A DNA stretch of 64,000 nt from a virus (IMGVR_UViG_2595698628_000001:6121-70120); one strand, 5' to 3'. Numbered from the stretch's first letter, positions 48,456 to 57,725 are shown. A program made the numbers and translations. Notes: generated from the letters alone by a model not told the origin.

Positions 48456-49111
48456 CGAGTGCCCTTGTCGGTGTCGTCGTCCAGGATGATGCTGGTCGGC
48501 TCACCGTCGGCAGCGCGGTCCCGGTCCAGCCACGACGCAAAGGCCTTGTGCGCCTGATCCTCGTTGACCAGCCCGGCGCTGACCGTGGCGTTCAGCGCCT
48601 CGGCCAGCACGTCGCGGTCCAACCAGGCTTGAAAGTCCTCGGCGACCTGCAGCAGCGGGGCCAGGTTCGGTCCCTCGCCGTTGCGCGGCAACACCCACAT
48701 GGTCGCGTCCGGTGCGCTGAACAGCTCGACTGCAGCACGCAGCGCGGTCTCCCGGCTCCACGTGCCGCCGTGGTCGAGCACGCCGGAGAACAAGTGGTCG
48801 ATGCCCGGTGACGGCTGCTCGCTGATCGTGACCTCGCCCCAGCGGATCACCGTGGCCGGGAACGTCACCCCTGCATCCTCGACCGACATTGGATCCCAAC
48901 CGCCAGGACTGATCCACGTCACGCGGGTCTCGGCGAAGTTGATCGGGCGACCGTCGGCGGGCGACCACGCGCACGGGCGCTGCTCGATCTCCTGCCGGAC
49001 GAACGCGACCGCCTCGCTGGTGTGGTCGCCGGGGATGCGCAGCCAGCTGATCACGGTGCCGTCGGGCACGGTCTCAAGCTCGGCGGCGGAGGCGACGAAC
49101 GCCGCGCTCAT
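48452..49111 (-). CDS. Hypothetical protein
   Basis: 4-nt overlaps with both neighbours. Confidence 0.7.
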   Translation of the reverse strand: MSAAFVASAAELETVPDGTVISWLRIPGDHTSEAVAFVRQEIEQRPCAWSPADGRPINFAETRVTWISPGGWDPMSVEDAGVTFPATVIRWGEVTISEQPSPGIDHLFSGVLDHGGTWSRETALRAAVELFSAPDATMWVLPRNGEGPNLAPLLQVAEDFQAWLDRDVLAEALNATVSAGLVNEDQAHKAFASWLDRDRAADGEPTSIILDDDTDKGTR

Positions 49112-49539
49112 CGTGCTGCACCGGAGGTCGCGACGGCCACGGCGGTCTCGTAGGCGGCGATGGCCTCGGGCACCCCGGCGGGCAGCCGGTCACGGTCAAA
49201 CTTGTGCGGAGCCTCGCGCGACCAGTACGACTCAAAGTTGCGCTTGCGGGTGACCTTCTCGCTGACGCCGCCATTGCGTCGGCGCAGCGGGCCGGACAGG
49301 GCCACGACGTTGAGCTTGCCGTCGACCCACTTGACGGTCATGAACTCAGGCCGGAAATGCTCGTCGGAGCGGGTGTACGGGGTCAGCACGTCGGGCACGG
49401 TCTCGGGCCGGATGCCGAAGTAGGCGGTGTGCACCACCATCGTCTCCTCGCCCTGCAGGGCGCGGCGGGTCACGCGGGTGTCGGTGACGCTGCGCAGCCA
49501 GTCGACGTCGCGGGTACCGGTGATCGGGTCAGCGGGCAT
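49108..49539 (-). CDS. Hypothetical protein
   Basis: GAGGAGA RBS. Confidence 0.7.
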   Translation of the reverse strand: MPADPITGTRDVDWLRSVTDTRVTRRALQGEETMVVHTAYFGIRPETVPDVLTPYTRSDEHFRPEFMTVKWVDGKLNVVALSGPLRRRNGGVSEKVTRKRNFESYWSREAPHKFDRDRLPAGVPEAIAAYETAVAVATSGAAR

Positions 49540-49569
49540 GATGCGGTTCTCCTCGTGGTTGTGGATGGA

Positions 49570-49866
49570 TCAAACGTGGTCGTCGTACAGCGCCAGGGTG
49601 GCGACGTCGTTGTAGGCCTCGGTGGGCCGCAGGGTGACCGGCTGGTCGTGGTCCAGGGTGATCTCGGTCTCCGCGCCGAGACCGACGTTGACGTGCACCT
49701 CCGCCCCGTTGCAGCTGAACTGGCGCAGCTCGGCGGTGATGACCGTGGCGATCTCGGTGTTGTTGTCCCAGATGCGCACGCGGATGATCTGGCCGATGTC
49801 CTTGGGCCGCAGGTCGGAGGCGACGATGAAGGTGTTGCGCTGGAAGATCGAACCGGCCTCGTTCAT
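49570..49866 (-). CDS. Hypothetical protein
   Basis: Tiles the operon. Confidence 0.65.
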   Translation of the reverse strand: MNEAGSIFQRNTFIVASDLRPKDIGQIIRVRIWDNNTEIATVITAELRQFSCNGAEVHVNVGLGAETEITLDHDQPVTLRPTEAYNDVATLALYDDHV

Positions 49867-50111
49867 CGCGGGCCTGCCTCGGGGTGACCGGGCGGCGGGC
49901 CGGGCTGGTCGTCGTGATCGTGCCAGCCGTCGCCGGGCCGGACGTTGGTGATCGACAGCCCGCCGATCACCTCGCCGTCGAGTTCGAGCATCAGGTGCGG
50001 CGGCGGCACCGCCTCGCGGCGGGCCTGCTCCCGGCCCTCACGGCGACCGACTGCCTTGCCGAGTGCGTAGACGGCGACCATGACCAGCACGGTGACGGCG
50101 GTCGCGGTCAT
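49863..50111 (-). CDS. Small membrane-anchored protein
   Basis: N-terminal TM segment; ATGA overlaps. Confidence 0.6.
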   Translation of the reverse strand: MTATAVTVLVMVAVYALGKAVGRREGREQARREAVPPPHLMLELDGEVIGGLSITNVRPGDGWHDHDDQPGPPPGHPEAGPR

Positions 50112-50452
50112 CGGGTCACCGCCAGCCCGGCGTAGACGTCGCCCTGTCCGGTCGCGGGGTCGACCACGACGTGGCACGGCCAGATGCCGACCAGCTTGCC
50201 GTGTTCGTCCCAGCAGCCCGGTGTCGGGGTGAGCGGGCCGCAGACCCGGTTGCCCATCGTGCGGCAGTCCCAGGCCGGGTCATCCTCGTTGATCGTGGTC
50301 TGCACCACGGTGGTCGGGGTGGTGTAGGCGCTCGACGGGGCGGAGGTCTCCTTGGGCGTGGCGACGGCCAGGCCCAGAGGCATACCGAGTGCCACGCCGA
50401 TGAATGCGCCTGCAGCAAAGATCACGATGCGCTCGGCGTTGGAGGTAATCAT
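50108..50452 (-). CDS. Membrane-anchored Cys-containing protein
   Basis: N-terminal TM segment; EDDPAWDCRTMGNRVCGP motif. Confidence 0.7.
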   Translation of the reverse strand: MITSNAERIVIFAAGAFIGVALGMPLGLAVATPKETSAPSSAYTTPTTVVQTTINEDDPAWDCRTMGNRVCGPLTPTPGCWDEHGKLVGIWPCHVVVDPATGQGDVYAGLAVTR

Positions 50453-50478
50453 CAGGGTCGGAGCCTTTCAGGGTCTCC

Positions 50479-50538
50479 CGGCGGGGCGGTCCCGCTCGGG
50501 TTAGCTAGATATACCCTACCGAGCTGCGAGCCGTCTAG
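50479..50538 (-). promoter_or_regulatory. Degenerate repeat copy (hairpin kept, operator lost)
   Basis: TAGACG...GGGTATATC...GCGGGACCGCCCCGCCGG upstream of 50452. Confidence 0.5.
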
Positions 50539-50903
50539 CCCGAGTTACCCGACCCTTGACGGTATTGTCCGGTACGGTGCCACCGCTGCCCTCTTTGTGC
50601 TTGGTAGAGGGTCACGATAGCGCGGCTCAGATCGGGCGGCAGCAAACTGAGCAACCGGCCCATCTCCGAGGCGGGCGACCACTGGCCCAGCTGCGCATCG
50701 GTCGGGGTCTCGCCGGTCTCGCGGCGGCTCATCTCCTCGATCAGCGCGCAGAACGGGCCGAAGTGGTTGGCCGACTGCGGGCGGGCGCAGGCGTACCCGA
50801 GGGCGAAGGCGAGTGCAGCGGTCGGGGTGAGGATCAGCGGAGTCGCCGGGCCGGAGGCGGCACCGAAGTCGGGTACCACGGGCACGGGGCGGTCGTCGGT
50901 CAT
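50535..50903 (-). CDS. Hypothetical protein
   Basis: ATG 50903 preceded by TACAGT and an operator-like site at 50916-50936. Confidence 0.6.
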   Translation of the reverse strand: MTDDRPVPVVPDFGAASGPATPLILTPTAALAFALGYACARPQSANHFGPFCALIEEMSRRETGETPTDAQLGQWSPASEMGRLLSLLPPDLSRAIVTLYQAQRGQRWHRTGQYRQGSGNSG

Positions 50904-51245
50904 ACCGTGAGACTGTACCCCGACGTCGGCGGGTAAGCGCCTCATGCGCGCGCGCGCGAATCCTAGTCGACGCACCCCAAATTCGTCAACCCCTAACTTT
51001 ATCCTTGACCTCGGCTTGACTAGGGCAGTAGGGTCGCGACGGACACGACCCACTGACCCGTGACGTCTGCGCCCTCTCGGTCGATGGACCGATTGAGGAT
51101 GATAACGAGAACACCCGCCAGGACTGAGGCGAGATCATGGAGCGTCAGGCGCGTTTCTCGCGCGCCTGCTCAGAGGATGACGCCGGGGCGGGTGAGGTGG
51201 GACGGGTATAGCGCGCTAACCCGTAGAGCGCTATGGTCGATTCTC
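50904..51245. other. Divergent non-coding region (candidate origin or control region)
   Basis: Largest gene-free gap; (GC)n run, lower-GC tract, palindrome. Confidence 0.45.
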
Positions 51246-52004
51246 ATGACCACGAAAAATGACAACGCTCTGCCCTACAGCTTGGACGAGTTCGAGGCGG
51301 AGTTGACCAAGCACCTCAATCGGCCCGCCGGGTTCGCCGACGCCGTGCGCCACCTGGCGGCGGTGCGGGATGCCTCCAAGCGCCTGCAGGCGCGGCGGGA
51401 TGCCATCTTTGCCTCGGTCAAGGAGGCGCACGCTGCGGGAACACGACTGGTGAACGCTGGCGGGCGGCGGTGGTACCTCAAGGAGGCGGTGACGCCGGGG
51501 TCGACGTCGCGCACCGTGAGTGCTGCAGCGGTGAAGAAGGCCGACCCGGCGCTGTGGGAGCAGTGCCGCGTGCCCAAGCAGCGCGTCGCGGTCACCGCAC
51601 CCGCCGGGGCCAGGCTCGACCCGCTCGACGTCCGGCTGCCCGCGCTGCCCTACCGGAGCAGCGACGTCGGGGCAGCGGTGATGGCCTACAAGTCGCCGTT
51701 GTTCGACCAGTTTGCGCAGATCAAGGCCGATGAGGAGGCAGCGGTGTCGTCGCTGCAGAAGATCGCCGCTGACGCCGGATGGGATGGCGAGGCCTGCACC
51801 TTCACCGACGGGTGGAAGGTGTCGCTGGTCAGCCTCGTGTTCGACGGCGAGAAGATGCGGGCGACCGACCCCGAGGCCTATGAGCGCCTGAGCACGGTCA
51901 GCACCCGATCGGCGGTCAAGCGGGTGATCGTCACCGACTACGACGTGGCAGTGGCCAAGGGCGAGGTCGATGAGGCGGAGGCTGATGAGATTGATGGACA
52001 GTGA
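51246..52004 (+). CDS. Hypothetical protein with internal duplication
   Basis: MTTKND start; phage-like codon usage. Confidence 0.7.
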   Translation: MTTKNDNALPYSLDEFEAELTKHLNRPAGFADAVRHLAAVRDASKRLQARRDAIFASVKEAHAAGTRLVNAGGRRWYLKEAVTPGSTSRTVSAAAVKKADPALWEQCRVPKQRVAVTAPAGARLDPLDVRLPALPYRSSDVGAAVMAYKSPLFDQFAQIKADEEAAVSSLQKIAADAGWDGEACTFTDGWKVSLVSLVFDGEKMRATDPEAYERLSTVSTRSAVKRVIVTDYDVAVAKGEVDEAEADEIDGQ

Positions 52005-52061
52005 GCAAACCGGCGCTAGCGGTACTTGCGCGAGTGCAGGAGGTGGGTTACCTTGCTACCC

Positions 52062-52310
52062 GTGAGGACTCATAACGGCGCGCGGCGTCCCGAGGGGTCG
52101 CGCCACCCGGCGGCGGGCACTTTGCTGGTGCCCATCAAAGGCAGCGCTGAGCTGCGGCGACGCTTGAAGATCGCGAGTGCTGAGGATGGCCTCACGTACG
52201 CCGAGATGCTGTGGGCACTGCTCGATATTCGCGATGATCGGCGTGCCCGGCAGCGCAGAATGCAGCCGTCTCCGCTCCATCGCCCGCCTCAGCCGACGGT
52301 CGAGCTGTGA
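52062..52310 (+). CDS. Ribbon-helix-helix-like DNA-binding protein
   Basis: LLVPIKGSAELRRRLKIASAEDGLTYAEMLWALLD. Confidence 0.65.
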   Translation: MRTHNGARRPEGSRHPAAGTLLVPIKGSAELRRRLKIASAEDGLTYAEMLWALLDIRDDRRARQRRMQPSPLHRPPQPTVEL

Positions 52311-52477
52311 GCCAGCAAACCTCCGCACTCGGCGGATGCGTCTGCGGTGAATCGCTCACGCACCGTTGCCCGGTCCATCCTCGACGCAACGAGGCCGGTC
52401 AGGGCGGTGCCGAGGCGCAAGAGCAGCGCGTGGGTCTGACCGGCGAGGTGAGACCGCCCGAACCGGATGAGCCGTGA
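52307..52477 (+). CDS. 56-aa hypothetical protein
   Basis: GTGA overlaps at both ends; CxC...CPVH. Confidence 0.5.
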   Translation: MSQQTSALGGCVCGESLTHRCPVHPRRNEAGQGGAEAQEQRVGLTGEVRPPEPDEP

Positions 52478-52698
52478 TCGCGCTCGGCACCGAGGTACCC
52501 GAGCTGCAACCCGAGCACGCCGACGGCACGTGGTGGGCCGACGTCGAGGGCGACCTGTGGCACCCGTGCCCGTTCGGCTGGGTCTGCGTGCACCGCACCC
52601 CGTTCTCCATCGACTCCCAACTTGGCAGCCCGACTGCGCTGTTCGGCCCGTACCGCGCGGTGCTGGCCCCGGCGACCGAGACCGACAGCGACACATGA
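52474..52698 (+). CDS. Hypothetical protein
   Basis: Coupled start and stop. Confidence 0.6.
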   Translation: MIALGTEVPELQPEHADGTWWADVEGDLWHPCPFGWVCVHRTPFSIDSQLGSPTALFGPYRAVLAPATETDSDT

Positions 52699-52907
52699 TG
52701 ATTGGAGGCAGTGCAGTGACCATTGATGCCTCCGACCTGCGCCGTCTCGGAATCACCAGGGCGCGTGTCGATCGCGCGACTGCTTGCCACTACCGCGACA
52801 GCGGCAGGATCATCGTGGTAGCCGACAAAGGTGACTTTGAGGCGGCAGCGATGGCCCTTGCCGAGCTGGCCTGCAAGGTCGCCCCGACCGAGGAGACAAC
52901 GCCGTGA
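52695..52907 (+). CDS. Hypothetical protein
   Basis: Coupled start and stop. Confidence 0.55.
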   Translation: MMIGGSAVTIDASDLRRLGITRARVDRATACHYRDSGRIIVVADKGDFEAAAMALAELACKVAPTEETTP

Positions 52908-53545
52908 CGGTCAGTGACGACGACATCGCCAACCTGCTCAACGAGGAGTTGTTCGCCCGCCGGGTCAAGGCGCTGTTCCTGTCCAACGCCGGGGCGACCA
53001 TCGCCAAGATCGCCGAGGAGTGCGGCGTGTCGACCGGCACGGTGCGCAAGGACTTGGAGATTGCCAAGCGCCAGTACCTCGCCGAGACACCCGACCAGCG
53101 CCGGGCGGTGCAGATGTCGATCATCACCGACATGCGCAAGGCCAACTACCCGGCCATGATGCGCGGCGACGTCGATGCGGCCAACGTGATCCTGCGCGGC
53201 ATGAAGCAGGAGGCCTCGCTGTTCGGCCTGTTCCCCAAGGTGCTGGAAGTGCCCGGCATCGACTCCGTGAGTGCAGCCAACGAGATGGCGGCACTGATCG
53301 AGCGCATTGCCCAGATTGACCCGCACGGACTCAAGGAGATCACCCGTGGACAAACACCGCTCGACGTCGACACCGTGGAAGATCGTGAGCAACCTGCCAC
53401 GGGCGCAACACCTTACGATGCTGCGCAACCTGCTGGGTTCGTGGGGGAGACCGACGAACCAGCCGGTGCCGAGCACCCCGGTGAGCTACCTCGACAAACT
53501 GGCGACGCCGGAGGCGACGACGGCTGGTCCAACATCGGCAGTTGA
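52904..53545 (+). CDS. HTH DNA-binding protein (possibly terminase small subunit-like)
   Basis: GATIAKIAEECGVSTGTVRKDL; GAGGAGA RBS. Confidence 0.75.
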   Translation: MTVSDDDIANLLNEELFARRVKALFLSNAGATIAKIAEECGVSTGTVRKDLEIAKRQYLAETPDQRRAVQMSIITDMRKANYPAMMRGDVDAANVILRGMKQEASLFGLFPKVLEVPGIDSVSAANEMAALIERIAQIDPHGLKEITRGQTPLDVDTVEDREQPATGATPYDAAQPAGFVGETDEPAGAEHPGELPRQTGDAGGDDGWSNIGS

Positions 53546-53552
53546 CGACCGG

Positions 53553-54098
53553 GTGACGCACACCTCGACCCTGTTGGAGCGGCACACGATCACCCTGCCG
53601 GTCGGCGCGACCGGCGACAACGTGGCGGTCGCCCGGTTGCACGCCGAGGCCTATGCCCGCGCTCGCGGGTTCGAGCTGAGCGCCGGGTCAATCAGCGTGG
53701 TCGCTCGCAGCGCCAACGGTCTGCCCATCGCGGGCAACGGCGGCTATCTCGGTGTGTCGTTCGACGTCGTGGTCGGCAAGGGCGACATCGCGCTGGACCA
53801 GCGCGTGCCCGGCGTGCTCGATCGGTGGACGTGGAGCGGGGGTGCGCTGCAGTGGTGGCGCAAGGTGCTCGGCAACGGCGACGGTCGGCAGGGTAGAGTC
53901 CTGGCCCGGCTCGATGAGCGCGACCGGGGCCGACGTGTCGTGCCCGGCCCGTGGCGCGGAGCCGATGCGCTGCACGGGTTCGATCAGGCCAACCAGCCCG
54001 GCGGGCCGACCGTCTCGGCAGCCGACGACCGGGTGCCGCCGTGGATGCGGGCGGATTCCTACCTCAACCAGCGGGCCGACGACAGCGAGGACCAGTGA
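53553..54098 (+). CDS. Hypothetical protein (start uncertain)
   Basis: Fills the gap; TGATG-coupled to the next gene. Confidence 0.55.
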   Translation: MTHTSTLLERHTITLPVGATGDNVAVARLHAEAYARARGFELSAGSISVVARSANGLPIAGNGGYLGVSFDVVVGKGDIALDQRVPGVLDRWTWSGGALQWWRKVLGNGDGRQGRVLARLDERDRGRRVVPGPWRGADALHGFDQANQPGGPTVSAADDRVPPWMRADSYLNQRADDSEDQ

Positions 54099-54487
54099 TG
54101 GAGCTGCGTGAGCAGATCGCGGCCATGTGCGACTCCGACAGCGTGAAGCTGCGCGACATCGGCGTCATCGCCGCCACGCTCGACGCGCTGGACGACCGGC
54201 GCGGTGCAGGCGAGGTCATCGACTACCTCGACGCCGCCAAGGCCGTGATCAAGGCGCAGACCGAGGCCGGGCTGGCGACATTCCGGCTGCTCGACCTGCA
54301 GGCCTTCATCGCCGACCTCAAGCACTCGCTCAACCCTGAGCGCTACAACGCCGCCGGGCGCGAGTGCGTCGAGGTCGGCCCGCGCGCCGAGGTGCCCACC
54401 TGGGAGGGCGGCAGTGCTGGCCCGCACACCGAGGCCTGCGACGGCGAACTGCACCCCGGCCAGGCGTGCCCGGTCGACTACCCCTGA
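54098..54487 (+). CDS. Hypothetical protein
   Basis: TGATG coupling on both sides. Confidence 0.65.
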   Translation: MELREQIAAMCDSDSVKLRDIGVIAATLDALDDRRGAGEVIDYLDAAKAVIKAQTEAGLATFRLLDLQAFIADLKHSLNPERYNAAGRECVEVGPRAEVPTWEGGSAGPHTEACDGELHPGQACPVDYP

Positions 54488-54672
54488 TGGCTCGCAAGCG
54501 CGCTCGGGGCCGGGTGGCCCGCGAGGCGGTCAACTGGGTGGTGCAGTCCTGCGGGCCGACGATGGCCAAGGCGATCGCGCCCGGCGGCGACACCGAGTGG
54601 GTGTTCGACGGGCGGGCCGACCCGCTCGGCGACGCCATCGAGTTCGCTGCCGCCAAACTGCGCGGCGAGTGA
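54487..54672 (+). CDS. Hypothetical protein
   Basis: TGATG coupling. Confidence 0.55.
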   Translation: MARKRARGRVAREAVNWVVQSCGPTMAKAIAPGGDTEWVFDGRADPLGDAIEFAAAKLRGE

Positions 54673-54687
54673 GCTACCATCTGCGCT

Positions 54688-55200
54688 GTGAGCGAGTGGC
54701 GACCAGATGACATGCTGGTACCTGCTTTGCTGGCCGGGTCACCGACCACGATGGATGACCTCGACGGCTGCGACCGCGTGTGGGCTGTGGTGGTGATGAC
54801 CGACGATGAGGAGATGACCGCCGAGGCCATCGCTGAGCGCCTGTGCTGCAGCTTGCGGCTGGTGCGCACCATCCTCGCCGACCCGGCGACGGTGCTGATG
54901 CGGCTGTACCGCGCCGAGGCGGAGACGTTCGAGCGCGAGCTGGACATGACCTCCGGCGAGGTCGCCCGGCTCAACGCCGCCCTGACCGCCACGACCGCCG
55001 AGCGCGACCGGATCACGCTGCAGCGCGACCGCCTGCTGGACACGCACCTGTCCGAGCGCAACGGCGAGATGTTCAGCTGCGGCTGCCCGATGACCCGCTA
55101 CAACACCTACGTCTCGCCCTCGACCGGCAAGCGCGGCTGCCGGACACACCGCAATGAGGCTGTCCGGCGGCATCGCGCGCGGGCGCGTCAATCCGCGTAG
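54688..55200 (+). CDS. HTH + coiled-coil + Cys motif protein
   Basis: MTAEAIAERLCCSLRLVRTI; CGC...NTY...RGCRTH. Confidence 0.7.
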   Translation: MSEWRPDDMLVPALLAGSPTTMDDLDGCDRVWAVVVMTDDEEMTAEAIAERLCCSLRLVRTILADPATVLMRLYRAEAETFERELDMTSGEVARLNAALTATTAERDRITLQRDRLLDTHLSERNGEMFSCGCPMTRYNTYVSPSTGKRGCRTHRNEAVRRHRARARQSA

Positions 55201-55210
55201 CCTGAGCGCT

Positions 55211-55516
55211 ATGGCCAAGACACGATCGCGGGGCACCCGCTCGGGTCTGCGCACTGGCCGGGCACGTGTCGCGCGCACCGGCCACGGTGGACCCACACTG
55301 CACCACAGCACAGGCGGCGTCGGTGCGTTCTCGGCACGCTCGGGTGGGCGAGGCGGTGGCGGCTATCGCGGGTTCAAGTCCAAGAAGCAGTGGCGCTGGG
55401 CGTGGGCCAACAAGAAACCGTGGGCGCGCAAGAAGTCGCACGAGACCAAGGGCGGCTACCACGCCCTGCCCGCCTCCAAGCACAGCGGCAAGAAGGGCAG
55501 CCGGACACCCGGCTGA
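55211..55516 (+). CDS. Highly basic Arg/Lys/Gly-rich protein
   Basis: 101 aa with one acidic residue; FKSKKQWRWAWANKKPWARK. Confidence 0.65.
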   Translation: MAKTRSRGTRSGLRTGRARVARTGHGGPTLHHSTGGVGAFSARSGGRGGGGYRGFKSKKQWRWAWANKKPWARKKSHETKGGYHALPASKHSGKKGSRTPG

Positions 55517-55774
55517 TCAGCGCGCAGTCGCCACCCCGGCACCGCCCCGAGGCGGTCGAGGAGGTCGGACACCTCGGCACGCGGCACAGCGATACAGACC
55601 GCTGTCGGTCCACCCCATTTGCGGCACCCACACGATCGAGTCGCACCCCTGGCACCAGTCGCGCAGCTTGTCGAGGTCGGTGCCCGGCGGCAGCTTGAGC
55701 AACCCGCCACTGTCCGGCAGCACGATCATGGTCGTGCCGGGTGACCCGGCGTGCAGGCGCGGCGATCGTCCCAT
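55517..55774 (-). CDS. Zn-ribbon hypothetical protein
   Basis: CQGC...CAAC; coupled to the HNH stop. Confidence 0.55.
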   Translation of the reverse strand: MGRSPRLHAGSPGTTMIVLPDSGGLLKLPPGTDLDKLRDWCQGCDSIVWVPQMGWTDSGLYRCAACRGVRPPRPPRGGAGVATAR

Positions 55775-56169
55775 CAGGCCCACCCGCCGAGGTCGCGCGC
55801 CGGTTGCTTGCAGCGATCGGCGTGGACGCCGAGGTAGTGCGCCCCGCACGTCTTGCAGTGGTCGGTGTCGTCGTACCCACAGGTTGCCGCCCTGATCTCG
55901 GCGGTGCGGCGCTGGCCCTGGCGACCGCTGCAGCCGCAGCAGTGCGGCCTGATGTTGTCTCGGGTGTAGCGCCCGCCGAACTCGCCCGCGATGATGCGGT
56001 CCACGATCATCGTGTCGTCGTTGACCATCGTGCCGCACTCCCAGCACGGCACTTTCTCGCCGTTGCCGCCAAAGCCGGACGCCGCGCTCAGCAGCCAGGC
56101 CCGGCGCGCCCGGCGGTCGTATGAGCTGCCGCGCTCGTTGCTGTTGCAGCGCCCGGCCCGGCTGCTCAT
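55774..56169 (-). CDS. HNH-like endonuclease
   Basis: CWEC...VDRII.G..GG.Y..DNIRPHC..C. Confidence 0.75.
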   Translation of the reverse strand: MSSRAGRCNSNERGSSYDRRARRAWLLSAASGFGGNGEKVPCWECGTMVNDDTMIVDRIIAGEFGGRYTRDNIRPHCCGCSGRQGQRRTAEIRAATCGYDDTDHCKTCGAHYLGVHADRCKQPARDLGGWA

Positions 56170-56381
56170 GAGGTCGGGAAACTGGACTGGCCACGGCGCT
56201 GCCGGGCATCGACCGACCCGCACGCGGCCCAGTGCGGCTCATCGGTGCGTGTCTTGCAGCAGGCGCGCAGGGCGGCGTGGGCCTCCTCGGTGCCGACCGG
56301 CTTGCCGCAGATCACGCAGCACGGCCAGCCGAACCCGCCCGACAGGTCGACGTAGTAGCAGCGGTGCATGTTCTGCATCAT
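56166..56381 (-). CDS. Cys-rich hypothetical protein
   Basis: ATGA overlaps. Confidence 0.55.
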   Translation of the reverse strand: MMQNMHRCYYVDLSGGFGWPCCVICGKPVGTEEAHAALRACCKTRTDEPHWAACGSVDARQRRGQSSFPTS

Positions 56382-56629
56382 TGCTCGCAATCGACGTCGG
56401 GGCGGTGAACTAGCCAGCATTTCGCGCAGATAACCTCACGCGGTCCCACCTCGAACTCGGCGAGGTCCACGACGTCGGCGGAGCCTGGCCCGCGACCGTC
56501 CGGCCAGGCCTCACTCGGCTCCGGCTCCGGCCCGCAGTCGATGCCGGGCAGGCAGGACTCGCACCCGGTGACGGTGGAGTGCGCGCGGTGTCCGCAGTGG
56601 CGGCATGGCACCCGAGGGTCAAAGCTCAC
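56378..56629 (-). CDS. Cys-rich hypothetical protein
   Basis: CRHC, CESC, CAKC. Confidence 0.55.
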   Translation of the reverse strand: MSFDPRVPCRHCGHRAHSTVTGCESCLPGIDCGPEPEPSEAWPDGRGPGSADVVDLAEFEVGPREVICAKCWLVHRPDVDCEQ

Positions 56630-56771
56630 CGCAGGCCTCCTCATCGCGCTCCCAGTCGTCCAAGATCGCGGTGAGCCGGTTGATCGGCACGACCAGTGAG
56701 CTGCCGTACTCGGCGACCAGCTCGCGGATGCGGGCCAGCGCGAGACCGCGCGGCGACAGATCGCCGGTCAT
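56619..56771 (-). CDS. Small hypothetical protein
   Basis: ATGA overlap. Confidence 0.5.
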   Translation of the reverse strand: MTGDLSPRGLALARIRELVAEYGSSLVVPINRLTAILDDWERDEEACGEL

Positions 56772-56980
56772 GACCCGTCGCCGTTGCTCGGCACGACGAC
56801 CGGCCCGTGTGTCGGGCAGCGCAGCCGCCCCATCTGGTCGCAGCTCGGGCACTTGCCCGCCTGCAGCGCGTTGTGCGTCTCGACGGCGGCAGCCAGTCGC
56901 TCGATCGCGGAGATGGCGCGCTCGGCGGTCTCCTGCCAACTGGCCGGGTTGCCTCCGGCGATCATGTCGAACAGCGACAT
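56768..56980 (-). CDS. Small Zn-finger hypothetical protein
   Basis: GGAGG RBS; CPSC...CPTH. Confidence 0.55.
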   Translation of the reverse strand: MSLFDMIAGGNPASWQETAERAISAIERLAAAVETHNALQAGKCPSCDQMGRLRCPTHGPVVVPSNGDGS

Positions 56981-57456
56981 CACAGCACCTCCGACCCGTT
57001 GTGATCCTCGACCTTGGCGATGTTGACCCACCCGCCCTTGGGTGCTTTCGGCCCGCCGGTACGGGTGGCCACCACGACGTGGTTGTGGCCCAGCCGGTAC
57101 ACGCCGCCCTTCCACGCAGGCTCGACCAACAGGAACTCGGGCCGGGCACCTCGGGCCAGGGCGACCTTGCCGACCCGCTCGGTGCGCGTTGCCCCGTCGA
57201 GCACCCGCACGTCGACTGCAGCCTTGTACGCGGCGGCAATCGAGGGGTGCGTGTCGATCACGGCGCGCAGGTCGAGCGCGTCGCCGAACTGCGTGCGCAG
57301 CCGGTCGGCGATCTCGCGCAGGTGCTCGGGCACCTCCGGCTCCGGCGAGTGCTCGCCCTCGAACTTCATGCACCGCTCGCCGGAGGTCAGCAGGTACATG
57401 CAGGTGTCGTCGCCGGGCATCGGCTCGAACTCGTGGTGGTCGTCGGTGTCGGTCAT
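56980..57456 (-). CDS. Hypothetical protein
   Basis: AGGGAG RBS. Confidence 0.65.
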   Translation of the reverse strand: MTDTDDHHEFEPMPGDDTCMYLLTSGERCMKFEGEHSPEPEVPEHLREIADRLRTQFGDALDLRAVIDTHPSIAAAYKAAVDVRVLDGATRTERVGKVALARGARPEFLLVEPAWKGGVYRLGHNHVVVATRTGGPKAPKGGWVNIAKVEDHNGSEVL

Positions 57457-57725
57457 GTGATCGGTGCTCCCTTCGAGGTGATCTGCAACCCCTGGCGGCG
57501 CAGATTGGCGATGTCGTTCTTGCGACTGCGGTACTCGCTCGGCGTGCCTGCGATCGTGCCGATGAGCCGCCCGTCGAGATACACCTTGTAGTGGCCGGTG
57601 CGGCTGCGGCATGGCCGCAACTCGCCTCCGGCGGTCTCGATCGCGGACAACAGCGCGCGGGTGTCGCGGTCGCTGGTTCGGTTGCTCGCCCGTTTGGAGC
57701 CAGGCTGCGGGCCGGATTGCGTCAT
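57453..57725 (-). CDS. HicA-like (dsRBD-fold) toxin-like protein
   Basis: LL.AIE.AG...TGHYKVY...TIAGTPS..RSRKN..A.LRR.G. Confidence 0.6.
   Translation of the reverse strand: MTQSGPQPGSKRASNRTSDRDTRALLSAIETAGGELRPCRSRTGHYKVYLDGRLIGTIAGTPSEYRSRKNDIANLRRQGLQITSKGAPIT

Noticed and set aside
42633-48557. Very long + strand ORFs (1101 aa, 867 aa) and similar antisense ORFs such as 14689..17148
   Set aside because: Shadow frames opposite motif-bearing genes, expected from high-GC codon bias; no RBS or protein motifs
53307-53552. Long overlap of the 263-aa ORF with the HTH gene as a frameshift fusion
   Set aside because: No slippery site or SD found; more simply a chance open frame with a later start
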